Part shown: positions 32,420 to 41,512 of the stretch, one piece after another | Layout: each line of letters starts with the position of its first letter | How positions within the stretch are numbered: position 1 is the first letter of the stretch | Source: Streptosporangiaceae bacterium | Lineage (GTDB): Bacteria; Actinomycetota; Actinomycetes; Streptosporangiales; Streptosporangiaceae | Assembly: GCA_036521155.1 (NCBI GenBank) | Contig: DATDIH010000057.1 | Span: 1-58,996, forward strand | Reading direction: 5' to 3' | DNA length: 58,996 bases | Notes under the pieces: model-generated | Databases searched by the model: none | What the model was told of the DNA's origin: nothing | The model's input: the letters and a program-made list of their open reading frames with translations, nothing else | Position numbers and translations under genes: made by a program

Positions 32420-35035
32420 ATGGCTTGTATGACAGTGCAGGATTTCGGGCAGGGCCGCAGCCGTGAACCTGTGATCTGGGGTAATGTCCCTCAGCGCAAT
32501 AAGAACTTCACAGGCCGCGGAGAGATCCTCGAGTTGCTCAGGCAGCAGGCATCGGCTCGGGTCGCGGTCGTTTCGCCGGAGAAGCCGCCCGAGCCGGGTG
32601 GGAATGGCCAGCCGGGTCAGCATCGGGACGTCACCGATGAGCTGCTGCCAAGAGCTCTGCACGGCCTGGGTGGAGTAGGCAAGACCACGCTCGCGGTGGA
32701 GTACGCCCACCGCTACCGCGGAGACTACGATCTCGTGTGGTGGATCGCGGCCGACGAAATCGCATTAGTACGTGCATCGCTGGCCGCCCTGGCCGACCGG
32801 CTCGGTCTGCGGTCGACCTCGGTCACCGGAATCGAGGGCGCTGCCACCGCCGTCATGGACGCCCTGCGCCGCGGCGAGCCCTACCGCCGGTGGTTGCTGG
32901 TTTATGACAACGCGGACCAGCCCGAAGAGATCGGCGAGCTCATCCCCGGCGGTCCCGGCGACGTCATCATCACGTCCCGGAACAACCGCTGGGCGGCCAA
33001 GGTCGAAACCGTCGAGGTCGACGTGTTCTCCCGGACGGAGAGCACCGAATTCCTGTCCCGCCGCGTCAGCACGGCCATCACCGAGTCCGACGCGGGACGG
33101 CTGGCCCAGGAACTGGGCGACCTGCCGCTGGCCCTGGAACAGGCGGGAGCCCTGCAGGCCGAGACCGGAATGTCGGCCGATGAGTACCTGCGGTTGCTGA
33201 GCGAACAGCCCACCCAGATCATGGCCGAGGGCAAATCGGCCGACTACCCGCGCTCGATGACGGCGGCCTGGATGCTGTCCGTCTCCCAGCTCAAGCAGCA
33301 GCTGCCACAGGCCCTGGACCTGCTGCGCTGTTGCGCATTTTTCGGCCCCGACCCGATCCCGCGGGACGTCTTCCGCCGGGGCAACCAGCCCAAGAAGACC
33401 CGGATGAGCGAGCTCATCGCTGACCCGATCCTGCTGTCCCGGGCCATCCGGGAACTGGGGCGATTCGCGCTGGTGAAGATCGACGCCGGCCGGTCCATCG
33501 CGGTGCACCGGCTCGTGCAGACGTTGCTGCGCGATGAGCTGTCTCCCGAAGACCAGGCCGAGTTCCGCCACGAAGTGCACCTGATCCTGGCCGCTGCGGC
33601 CCCGGAGAACCCGGACGACGAAAAGCTGTGGCCGAGGTTCAACGAGCTCGTCGCCCACGTGGCCGGCGAGGCGACGGACCTGGCCGGTTGCCGCGATCCT
33701 GAGGTACGGGCGTTCGCGCTGAAGATGGTCCGGTATTTCTACCGGTCCGGCGACCACGCCTCGTCGCGTGCTTTTGCCGAACGGTTCGTCTCACGCTGGA
33801 TAGCAGAGTCCGGTCCCGACGATGAGAACGTGCTCGACGGCCAGCGCCACCTTGGCAACGCTCTGCGGGAACTGGGGCAGTACGCCCGGGCCTATGAGGT
33901 CATCAACGAGACCTTCGGACGGGCTCGCCTGGTGCTGGGTGAGCAGAACCCGCTCACGCTGGCGCTCCGCAACTCGCTCGGTGCGGACTTGCGGGCCCGC
34001 GGCGAGTTCGCGGCCGCGCGGGAACTGGACGAGGAGACGCTCGCCCTGCACCGGGAGTTCTACGGCGATGACGACCCGCACACGTTCCGGGCCATGAACA
34101 ACCTGGCGCTGGACCTGGGCCTGAACAGCGAGAACGATAAGGCCCGGGAACTGCACCGGCAGACGTTCCTGCTGCAGAGCGACGACACCACCGGCCGAGT
34201 TTCGTCCTCGGAGGTCGTGGACTCGTGGAACGGCCTGGCTCGGGCCGTCCGGCTCTGTGGCGACTTCCGCGACGCGCGCGACCTGGGTGAAGAGGCGCTG
34301 GACTACGGCCGGGCCAACCTGGGCGACGACCATATTCTCACCCTCCGGACCGCCATCGACCTGTCCATCGCGCTGCGCCGCATGGGGACAGCGGGGGACG
34401 ACGCCCGGACCCTGGCCCAGGAGACCTACGAGACCTGCCGCAGGCGGCTGGGGCTGCGCCAGCCGGATACCATGGCCGCGGCCATCAGCCTGGTCAACAC
34501 TCAGCGGCAGCTGGGCACGCTGGACCCGGCGACGATCGAATTGGCCGAGACCACGGTGCAGCGGTACACCACCGTCTTCAGCCCGCTGCATCCGTATTAC
34601 TTCGGCTGCCTGGGCAACCTCGCGCTGCTGCGCCGGGCCAGCGGCGACGCGGCCGCGGCGCGCGAAATCGATGAGAAGGCGCTCAGTGGCCTGGACGAGA
34701 CCCTGACGCGTGATCACCTGTACTCGCTGTCGATAGCGATCCATCTGGCCAGTGATCTGGCCGCTCTGATGGACCCGGAGGGCGCCCGCGCGCTGGACGA
34801 GGACACCTGGAGGCGTGCCCAGGCGCTGCTCGGCGAGAACGATCCGCTGACCCTGGCCTGCGCCGCCAACCTGTCCCTGGACCTGCGGGCCATGGGCGAC
34901 ACCGCCACCGCCGACGATCTGCTGAAGGATGCGCTGGCTCGCTACCGGGAGACGGGCCACCACGAGTATCAGGAAGCCAGGGCAGCCGCGGCCGGCGAGC
35001 GCGTGGACTTCGAGTTCGATCCGCCTGGCGTCTGA
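32420..35035 (+). CDS. fxsT: FxSxx-COOH-system NB-ARC/TPR protein (FxsT-like STAND NTPase)
   Basis: 871 aa. The NB-ARC motifs are GLGGVGKTTLA (P-loop), LLVYDNAD (Walker B), IITSRN and GDLPLALEQAG (GLPL). The C-terminal ~450 aa are TPR_10/12-like repeats. It is divergent from the fxsA-like ORF. Confidence 0.85.
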   Translation: MACMTVQDFGQGRSREPVIWGNVPQRNKNFTGRGEILELLRQQASARVAVVSPEKPPEPGGNGQPGQHRDVTDELLPRALHGLGGVGKTTLAVEYAHRYRGDYDLVWWIAADEIALVRASLAALADRLGLRSTSVTGIEGAATAVMDALRRGEPYRRWLLVYDNADQPEEIGELIPGGPGDVIITSRNNRWAAKVETVEVDVFSRTESTEFLSRRVSTAITESDAGRLAQELGDLPLALEQAGALQAETGMSADEYLRLLSEQPTQIMAEGKSADYPRSMTAAWMLSVSQLKQQLPQALDLLRCCAFFGPDPIPRDVFRRGNQPKKTRMSELIADPILLSRAIRELGRFALVKIDAGRSIAVHRLVQTLLRDELSPEDQAEFRHEVHLILAAAAPENPDDEKLWPRFNELVAHVAGEATDLAGCRDPEVRAFALKMVRYFYRSGDHASSRAFAERFVSRWIAESGPDDENVLDGQRHLGNALRELGQYARAYEVINETFGRARLVLGEQNPLTLALRNSLGADLRARGEFAAARELDEETLALHREFYGDDDPHTFRAMNNLALDLGLNSENDKARELHRQTFLLQSDDTTGRVSSSEVVDSWNGLARAVRLCGDFRDARDLGEEALDYGRANLGDDHILTLRTAIDLSIALRRMGTAGDDARTLAQETYETCRRRLGLRQPDTMAAAISLVNTQRQLGTLDPATIELAETTVQRYTTVFSPLHPYYFGCLGNLALLRRASGDAAAAREIDEKALSGLDETLTRDHLYSLSIAIHLASDLAALMDPEGARALDEDTWRRAQALLGENDPLTLACAANLSLDLRAMGDTATADDLLKDALARYRETGHHEYQEARAAAAGERVDFEFDPPGV

Positions 35036-35045
35036 TCACGGTCGG

Positions 35046-36242
35046 TCAGCGTCGGCTCAGGTCGTCGTCGACCACCAGCTTGATGTGATCGATCAGGGCC
35101 ATGAGGTCCGGGCAGTACACCGACGGATTGGCGAAGCCACTGCCGGGGCGGTACCGGTGCGCATACAAGCCGCCACCGCACTCGTGCAGAACGTGGCATT
35201 GACGGCACTTCGGAGCCAGCGCTTGTTCTCCCAGCTGGCGAGCGACCATGCCGGGCAGGTAGAGCGCCTGATCGAACGGGTGGTGGCCAACGTGCAGGCC
35301 GGTCGCGGGTGCTCCCTCGTAGGCCGCTTTCAGCAGGTCGGACTGCTCGATGGACCCGTCCGTCTCGATGACCAGGGTTCTGGACGGGCCGAGGCCCACC
35401 ATTTCCGCCTCGACATCGTGGCCCATGGCCAGGCGCATGATCGTGTCGAACAGCCGGATGCGGGTCTTGAACTCGTGGTACCAGTGGTCGAAGACGGTAA
35501 TCAGCCAGCCGGCGTACGGAGTGTCGGGGAGATCAGGTATGCGCCCAGGCGGCGGATCGGCCCATGTTCCGTGCGGCATCAGAAAGTCGATCTGCGGCGG
35601 GTCGAAAGAGGCCAGGGCCTGGTAGGTCGCGAGTGGGTCGTTCCGCAGGTCGATCGTGCAGAGCAGCCCGCTGAACAGGTGCCGGTAACGGTCACCGGTC
35701 AGGCGCTCAAGGCCGGTTGCCACGGCCCTGTGGCTGCCGCGCCCGCTGGCGAACCGGCGGTGCCGATCGTGCGCCTCGGGTGCGCCGTCCAGGCTCACGC
35801 CCACCTGCACGCCGAGATCATCGAAGAGATCCAGGAAGGGTTCGCTCAGGCCCACCCCGTTCGTTTGCACCCAAACGCTGACGTTGACCTTTGCGTCAAC
35901 CGCCTCGCGGGTCGCGCCCACAAGCTGAGCGATAAGGTCCCGCCCGGCCAGTAAGGGCTCGCCGCCATGGAGGATCAGCGAAATGTCTGGCACGTTGTGC
36001 GCACGGACATGCTCGCCAATACGAAATGCTGTTGCCGCCGCCGTCTCACCCGACATGCGCATTGGCTGATCTCGCCACGATTGATCAGCCATCTCGTACA
36101 TGTAGCAGTAGTCACAAGCAAGATCACATCGGCTGTGGACCTTCACCACGAACTCATGAAAAGGTTCTGGCCGCCACCCGCCCAACAGGAGTGCGTCAAC
36201 ATCGAGCGTCGACGGCCACTCGGGTCGTTCGGCAGGACCCAC
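35046..36242 (-). CDS. fxsB: FxsB-family radical SAM/SPASM peptide maturase
   Basis: 398 aa with a GTG start. The radical SAM cluster is VKVHSRCDLACDYCY (CxxxCxxC). The C-terminal SPASM motif is CRQCHVLHECGGG...YCPD. It is convergent with fxsT, with a 10-nt gap. Confidence 0.88.
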   Translation of the reverse strand: MGPAERPEWPSTLDVDALLLGGWRPEPFHEFVVKVHSRCDLACDYCYMYEMADQSWRDQPMRMSGETAAATAFRIGEHVRAHNVPDISLILHGGEPLLAGRDLIAQLVGATREAVDAKVNVSVWVQTNGVGLSEPFLDLFDDLGVQVGVSLDGAPEAHDRHRRFASGRGSHRAVATGLERLTGDRYRHLFSGLLCTIDLRNDPLATYQALASFDPPQIDFLMPHGTWADPPPGRIPDLPDTPYAGWLITVFDHWYHEFKTRIRLFDTIMRLAMGHDVEAEMVGLGPSRTLVIETDGSIEQSDLLKAAYEGAPATGLHVGHHPFDQALYLPGMVARQLGEQALAPKCRQCHVLHECGGGLYAHRYRPGSGFANPSVYCPDLMALIDHIKLVVDDDLSRR

Positions 36243-36760
36243 GTCTCAATTGAATCACACAATTTGCCAAAAATTGAGCCTGCAGTTTGCCCCGACGAAA
36301 TAAATTACCGTGAGTATTGATAGCCCATCGCCGCGGGGGCGGCTCAGACTGAATGACCAGCCGGAAACACCTTGTGATCGTTGGCCGATCGCGAAATCGG
36401 CTCACTACGCCCAGATGCCCCGCGTGTCATTCTCGGTATAACTGCCATCTCACGTCACACGCGTATCTGACGTTACATCATTGTTTAATTTTCCGGCGGG
36501 GCCGAGAAATCTTCGGTTATCTGAAAATTACGATTGAATGTTAACGCGGGTATTAGAGAAACCTTCTTCTGCAACTCGCATTTGCAATATGCATCTTTGC
36601 AAAGAAATCGCCCTGAGCTGGGCATTGCGCCGCTACCATACGGACACCCGGTCTCAATTCACCCATCGGGTCCGCCCGGCGCGGCGCCAGTGGTAGGTTG
36701 CCAGGGTGCGCCGTCCGTTGCTGAACAGCTGTATGCGGTCAGTAAGCCGGTGAGTGCCAC

Positions 36761-38359
36761 ATGACCGTGACGGCACCCGGCGCGCGAACAGCCAGCGCAG
36801 CTACTGTTAAAGAGACGGTCAGCGAAGCGCCGGTGGGCGTGGCGGTGGATGCCGGAGTAGCGTACGGCGCGGAACCGATAGACCTGGGAACGCCCAGCAG
36901 GGAAACGCCCGAAAATATCGAAGCCAGCGAGCAAATTGGCTTCGCCGTTGCAACTCACGCGACAAAACGAAGCCATTCGGCCGGCTCCGAGCTAAATGCT
37001 GCTATAGCCATCGGAGAGATGGCACCACCCACCGGGAATGCGCCGTCTCGCCGCGAGATTTGGAAATACCTTCCCAGCGGAGCGAATGGCAGCTATCTGC
37101 GGCTAGTGGGCGGCTCATCGCTGTCTATGCTGGGTACGCGCATGAGCAGCATTGCCTATCCGATGTTGGTGCTGCTGCTCACGAAATCTCCGATTATGGC
37201 CGGCTGGGCCGCCTTCGCGGCCACGGCGCCCAGCATTCTGGCCTATATCCCGGCTGGCGCCCTGGTCGACCGCTGGAATGCGCGCATTGCCATGCTGGTG
37301 AGTGAGATCGGGCGCGGCTGCGCGATATTGACGGTCGTTCTCGCCTTCTGGCTCGGCCATTCTGCCGGGTGGGTAGTAAGCGTACTGATCGCGATGGCCG
37401 TGCTGGAAGAGACGCTCGAAGTCTTTTCGGGGCTGAGTGAGCGCCGGCTGATCACCGGACTGCTGGGGCGGGCTGACGCGTCGTCGTCCTCCGGCGGCAA
37501 CGAGGCTCGTACCCACGTGGTGGTGATGGTGGGACGGCCAGCGGGAGGGTTGCTCTTCGGCCTCGCGCCCGTTCTGCCGTTCGTGGCCGATGCGTTCTCG
37601 TTCCTGTTCTCGATCGGGTCGCTGGTCACCGTCAAATACCGGAAAAGCTCGGACGCGGTCCAGAGAAGCCCGCGGGACCCCGAATATTCGGCCAAGAAAA
37701 TCCTGGAAGGTCTGCGGTGGGTGTGGCATGACAGATTCGCCCGCGCCGCGTGCTTGCTGAACGCGGGCGGAACGCTGGTCGTGCAAGCGCTCATATTGAT
37801 CTTTTTGTTTGAAGCTGACCGGGTGAAATTTACCTATGAAACCGTCGGAATTGTGCTGGCCTCGACCGGGGCTGGCGGGGTGCTCGGGTCGCTGGTCGCA
37901 AAGCGACTGATGCGGTGGTTCAGCGAAAAGCCACTGCTGCGCTGGTTCAGCGGGCGATGGTTCAGATTTCAGATGTGCCTGTGGCTGATAGTGTTCATCG
38001 GAATTTCCGTGACCATCAACACGCATCATCTGCTGCGGTTTCTTGTCGTGGAAATGTTCGTGATCGGCCTCACCGGAGCCATTGGCAACGTGGAGATCGA
38101 CCGGTATCTGATCGAACGCAGCCCGGATGAGATGCTCGGCCGGGTGGCCAGCGTCAGCAGCCTGATGGATTTCTTCGCCTTCGCCGTCGGGCCGGTGCTC
38201 GGCGGGTGGCTCGTGCAGATAGCCAAGCCAGACCTCGCCATCCTGGTTCTGGCGATGGTGGTCCTCGCGCTCGCGGTGTGGTCGGTGTGGATGCCCTCGG
38301 CGCAACCGGACAACAGCAGCGGGCAGATCGAGCGCACAGCCGAGTGGGCCGAAGCCTGA
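36761..38359 (+). CDS. MFS transporter (EntS/MFS_3-like secretion-effector family)
   Basis: About 12 TM segments, with RMSSIAYPMLVLLLT...PAGALVDRWN typical of MFS_3. The first ~85 aa are non-membrane and may be an over-extension (alternative ATG at 37019). Confidence 0.75.
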   Translation: MTVTAPGARTASAATVKETVSEAPVGVAVDAGVAYGAEPIDLGTPSRETPENIEASEQIGFAVATHATKRSHSAGSELNAAIAIGEMAPPTGNAPSRREIWKYLPSGANGSYLRLVGGSSLSMLGTRMSSIAYPMLVLLLTKSPIMAGWAAFAATAPSILAYIPAGALVDRWNARIAMLVSEIGRGCAILTVVLAFWLGHSAGWVVSVLIAMAVLEETLEVFSGLSERRLITGLLGRADASSSSGGNEARTHVVVMVGRPAGGLLFGLAPVLPFVADAFSFLFSIGSLVTVKYRKSSDAVQRSPRDPEYSAKKILEGLRWVWHDRFARAACLLNAGGTLVVQALILIFLFEADRVKFTYETVGIVLASTGAGGVLGSLVAKRLMRWFSEKPLLRWFSGRWFRFQMCLWLIVFIGISVTINTHHLLRFLVVEMFVIGLTGAIGNVEIDRYLIERSPDEMLGRVASVSSLMDFFAFAVGPVLGGWLVQIAKPDLAILVLAMVVLALAVWSVWMPSAQPDNSSGQIERTAEWAEA

Positions 38360-38374
38360 GGCTAGGCTGAGCCT

Positions 38375-38884
38375 GTGGAAGTCGACATCATCGTCGAGGT
38401 CCCGCAGGGATCCCGGAACAAGTATGAGTACGACCCGGCTATTGACGCGATCCGGCTGGACCGGATGCTGTTCACCTCGACCCGGTACCCGCATGATTAT
38501 GGCTTCATCCCCGGCACGCTGGCCGAGGACAGTGACCCGCTCGACGCCATGGTCATCCTGGACGAGCCCACGTTTCCCGGCTGCCTGATCTCGGTCCGGC
38601 CCATCGGGGTGTTCTGGATGACCGATGAAAAGGGGCCGGACGCCAAGATCCTCACCGTGCCTGCGAGTGATCCGCGCTATGCGGGCTTCCAGGACCTCAA
38701 CGACGTGCCCGAGCACGTGACCGCGGAGATCGGGCACTTCTTCGACGTCTACAAGGAGCTCGAGCGGGACAAGGGCACGGACGTGCGTGGCTGGCAGGAC
38801 CGCGCGGCGGCCGAGAAGATCATCGAGGAGTCGTTCGCCCGGTTCGCCGCTGAGGGCGCTGCGGCTGGGGGCGCTACTGCCTGA
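38375..38884 (+). CDS. ppa: Inorganic pyrophosphatase
   Basis: 169 aa with a GTG start. IVEVPQGSRNKYEYD and DGDPLDA-like (DSDPLDAMV) motifs are present. Confidence 0.95.
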   Translation: MEVDIIVEVPQGSRNKYEYDPAIDAIRLDRMLFTSTRYPHDYGFIPGTLAEDSDPLDAMVILDEPTFPGCLISVRPIGVFWMTDEKGPDAKILTVPASDPRYAGFQDLNDVPEHVTAEIGHFFDVYKELERDKGTDVRGWQDRAAAEKIIEESFARFAAEGAAAGGATA

Positions 38885-39290
38885 ATTGGGCCCGGCGGAA
38901 CTGCTCGATCAGGCCGGTGGCCAGGCCGATCAGGTGCGACGGCGTGATCGGCTTGGTGACGTAGCCGTCGGCCGCGGTCAGTTGCTCGGCGGTAGGACCG
39001 GTGACCGGGTACGCGCTCATCATGGCCACCGGCAGCCCCGGTTCGACCTCACGGATGGCCTCCAGCAGGCCCATCGCGTCCATCACCCCGGTGGCGGGCA
39101 ACTCGAAGTCCACCAGCACCAGGTCCCACCGCTCGTTCCCGAGCAGGGCCAGGGCCACGGCCGGATCGGTGACCGAGGCGACCTCGAACGATTCCCAGTT
39201 GCCCAGGACGAACTCCACGAAGCGCGAAACCGCGAGGTCACGCTCGACAACGAGGATCCTGCCGGGGCCGAAGCTGCGCATGTTGTCCAT
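38874..39290 (-). CDS. Single-domain response-regulator receiver protein (orphan)
   Basis: 138 aa. It has the phospho-acceptor context DLVLVDFELP, a conserved S (MMSAY) and K (YVTKPI). There is no output domain and no kinase nearby. Its 3' end overlaps ppa by 11 nt in convergent orientation. Confidence 0.7.
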   Translation of the reverse strand: MDNMRSFGPGRILVVERDLAVSRFVEFVLGNWESFEVASVTDPAVALALLGNERWDLVLVDFELPATGVMDAMGLLEAIREVEPGLPVAMMSAYPVTGPTAEQLTAADGYVTKPITPSHLIGLATGLIEQFRRAQFRQ

Positions 39291-39376
39291 GTGCCGAGCT
39301 TCGAGTCCGTCCGTAGCAGGCCAGGGTGCCGCGCGGTTGCGGCCGGGTAGCAGCCCGGACCGCCCGTTATCAGCGG

Positions 39377-40255
39377 CTACGACGAGCTGACCAGCGGCTG
39401 GGTGACCGGGATGGGCGCGGACGTCTGGGCATCGACCAGCACCCGGTTACCGAGCGGCGCGGACAGCGTCACCGGCAGCGTGACCGGGACCGCGGCTGAG
39501 GAGCAGTTCTGGCCGTGGAAGTGCACGGTGCTGGCGACATCGATCGCCACCGCCTGGGCCGAGCCGCGCTGCCGGAGCGAGTAGCTGGCGTGACAAGCCC
39601 CGGTGCCGGCCGGTGCGCCCCACACGGTCAGCGTCAGCGCCCGCCCCGACCGCCCGGCCTGGGCCGCGGTGGTATGGGTGGCGTCACGCACGAACTTGGG
39701 CCAGAACCGCTGGGCGGTGGCCACGGCCAGCACGTCGGCCGGGCTGGTGACCCCCTGCAGGGTGAACTGCCAGGCGGGCAGGGCCTGCCGCCCGCGGTCG
39801 GTGGCGAAGATCCCGGTGGCCAGCTTCACCCGCGTGACCGTCACCGTGGTGGACGACGCCGGGCTGGATGCGCCGCTGGTGAGCACCTGGGCCGCCCGGT
39901 TCGCGCTGATCAGCGAGTAACCGCTCAGCCGGCCGGGGCTGGCGGGCAGCGACCGCGGCAGCGTAATCGCCCCTGAGTTGAAGGCCTCCTGGACCGCGTC
40001 GCTGGGGAACTTGGACGGCCCGGTGACCTGCCCGCCGGGGTCGATCACCACCGGCCGCACCTGGGCCCCCACCGGGAACGAAGCCCAGTGCGCCAGCGCC
40101 GCCGCCAGCCGCGTCCCCGGCGACGGTGAGCTGGCCGGCGTCCCGGACGACGTGCAGCCGGCCAGCAGGATCAGCGTGGCCAGCACCGTGGCGGCGGCCA
40201 GCCGGGCGGCACCGGGCCGGCGGCGGATCGAGCGAGGTCCCGGCATACCGGCCAT
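39377..40255 (-). CDS. Predicted lipoprotein of unknown function
   Basis: 292 aa with a signal peptide and the lipobox LILLAGC. Confidence 0.55.
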   Translation of the reverse strand: MAGMPGPRSIRRRPGAARLAAATVLATLILLAGCTSSGTPASSPSPGTRLAAALAHWASFPVGAQVRPVVIDPGGQVTGPSKFPSDAVQEAFNSGAITLPRSLPASPGRLSGYSLISANRAAQVLTSGASSPASSTTVTVTRVKLATGIFATDRGRQALPAWQFTLQGVTSPADVLAVATAQRFWPKFVRDATHTTAAQAGRSGRALTLTVWGAPAGTGACHASYSLRQRGSAQAVAIDVASTVHFHGQNCSSAAVPVTLPVTLSAPLGNRVLVDAQTSAPIPVTQPLVSSS

Positions 40256-40266
40256 TGTGGCGCAGA

Positions 40267-41466
40267 TCAGGATTCGCTGGCGGGGGAGCGGCCACTGCGC
40301 GCGTGCTCGTGATGGCCGCCGTGGTCATGCTCGGCGTCGGCCGGGCCGTTCATCATCCGCAGCATGGGCATCCCGCCGGTACGCGCGAAACGGACCAGCA
40401 GCGCCACCGCCAGCAGCCCGAATGCGATGTTCAGCCAGGTGGTGTAGTTCCACGACACGCCCTCGTCGGGGATGGTGGCGCTGGCCCGGCTGGGGATCAG
40501 GCCCAGACCGCCGAACAGCAGCTCGACCACGTACCCGGCGATGACCATGGTGACGTAGAAGCAGCCGACCAGGAAGGCGGCCATCTTGAGCCCGTAGTAC
40601 TTCCGGTAGATGTTCAGGATCGGCAGGATGAGCAGGTCGGCGAAGATGAACGCCACCACGCCGCCGAAGCTGATCCCGCCCTTCCACAGCACCACGGCCA
40701 GCGGCACGTTGCCGATCGAGCACACGAACGACACGACGGCCACCACCGGGCCGATGAGCGGGCCCCAGATCTTCGCGGCCAGCGGGTCTCCGGCGATGAA
40801 GAACGCCCGCCAGAAGCTGTCCGGGACCCAGGCCGCGATCGCGCCCGCGGCCAGCAGGCCGATGACCAGGTCGCGCAGGATCGCGGCCCACTCCATGACG
40901 AACACGTGGGACACCGCCGTGTACCCGTCGCGGGACAGCAGCCGCCGCCAGAACGAGCCGCCGCCGTGAACCGACATGTCCATGGCCGCGTGGCCCTCCA
41001 TCGACCCGGCCACCGCGCGGTCGGCCTGCTCGCGGGCGTCCCGCAGCAGCTTCTCCCGCAGGAACAGCCGGAACGCCACGGCCAGCACCACGATCATGAT
41101 CGGCCCGCCGATGAACTCGGCCAGCGTGAACTGCCAGCCCATCAGCAGGGCCAGGATCACCCCCAGCTCGATGACCAGGTTGGTCGAGGCGATCTCGAAG
41201 GCCATGGCCGCGGTGAAACTGGCCCCCTTGCGGAACAGTGACCGGGCCAGCGCGACCGCCGCGTACGAGCAGGACGACGAGGCCGCGCCCAGCCCGGTGG
41301 CGATGGCCAGCGTCCGCGGCCGGTCGTCACCCAGCAGCCGGACGATCGTGGAACGCCGCACCACGGCCTGGATGACGGCCGACAGGGCGAACCCGAGGAT
41401 CAGCGCCCAGGCGATCTCCCACGTCATCGAGCCCGCGATCGACAGGGCGTGGATGATCGCGTGCAT
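40267..41466 (-). CDS. Permease (UPF0718/ArsP_1-like) with a His-rich C-terminal tail
   Basis: The ATG at 41466 gives MHAIIHALSIAGSMTWEIAW. The protein is polytopic, and the C-terminus is AEHDHGGHHEHARSG. The track ORF (to 41592) is an extension into the LysR gene. Confidence 0.75.
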   Translation of the reverse strand: MHAIIHALSIAGSMTWEIAWALILGFALSAVIQAVVRRSTIVRLLGDDRPRTLAIATGLGAASSSCSYAAVALARSLFRKGASFTAAMAFEIASTNLVIELGVILALLMGWQFTLAEFIGGPIMIVVLAVAFRLFLREKLLRDAREQADRAVAGSMEGHAAMDMSVHGGGSFWRRLLSRDGYTAVSHVFVMEWAAILRDLVIGLLAAGAIAAWVPDSFWRAFFIAGDPLAAKIWGPLIGPVVAVVSFVCSIGNVPLAVVLWKGGISFGGVVAFIFADLLILPILNIYRKYYGLKMAAFLVGCFYVTMVIAGYVVELLFGGLGLIPSRASATIPDEGVSWNYTTWLNIAFGLLAVALLVRFARTGGMPMLRMMNGPADAEHDHGGHHEHARSGRSPASES

Positions 41467-41512
41467 GCTGTCCGCCTTCCCCGCTGGGCCAGGTTCAAAT
41501 ACCCCTACCGGT

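Noticed and set aside
36353-36764. The 63-76-aa track ORFs inside the fxsB/MFS spacer.
   Set aside because: They have no SD sequences, odd composition and no recognisable motifs, and none ends in FxSxx.
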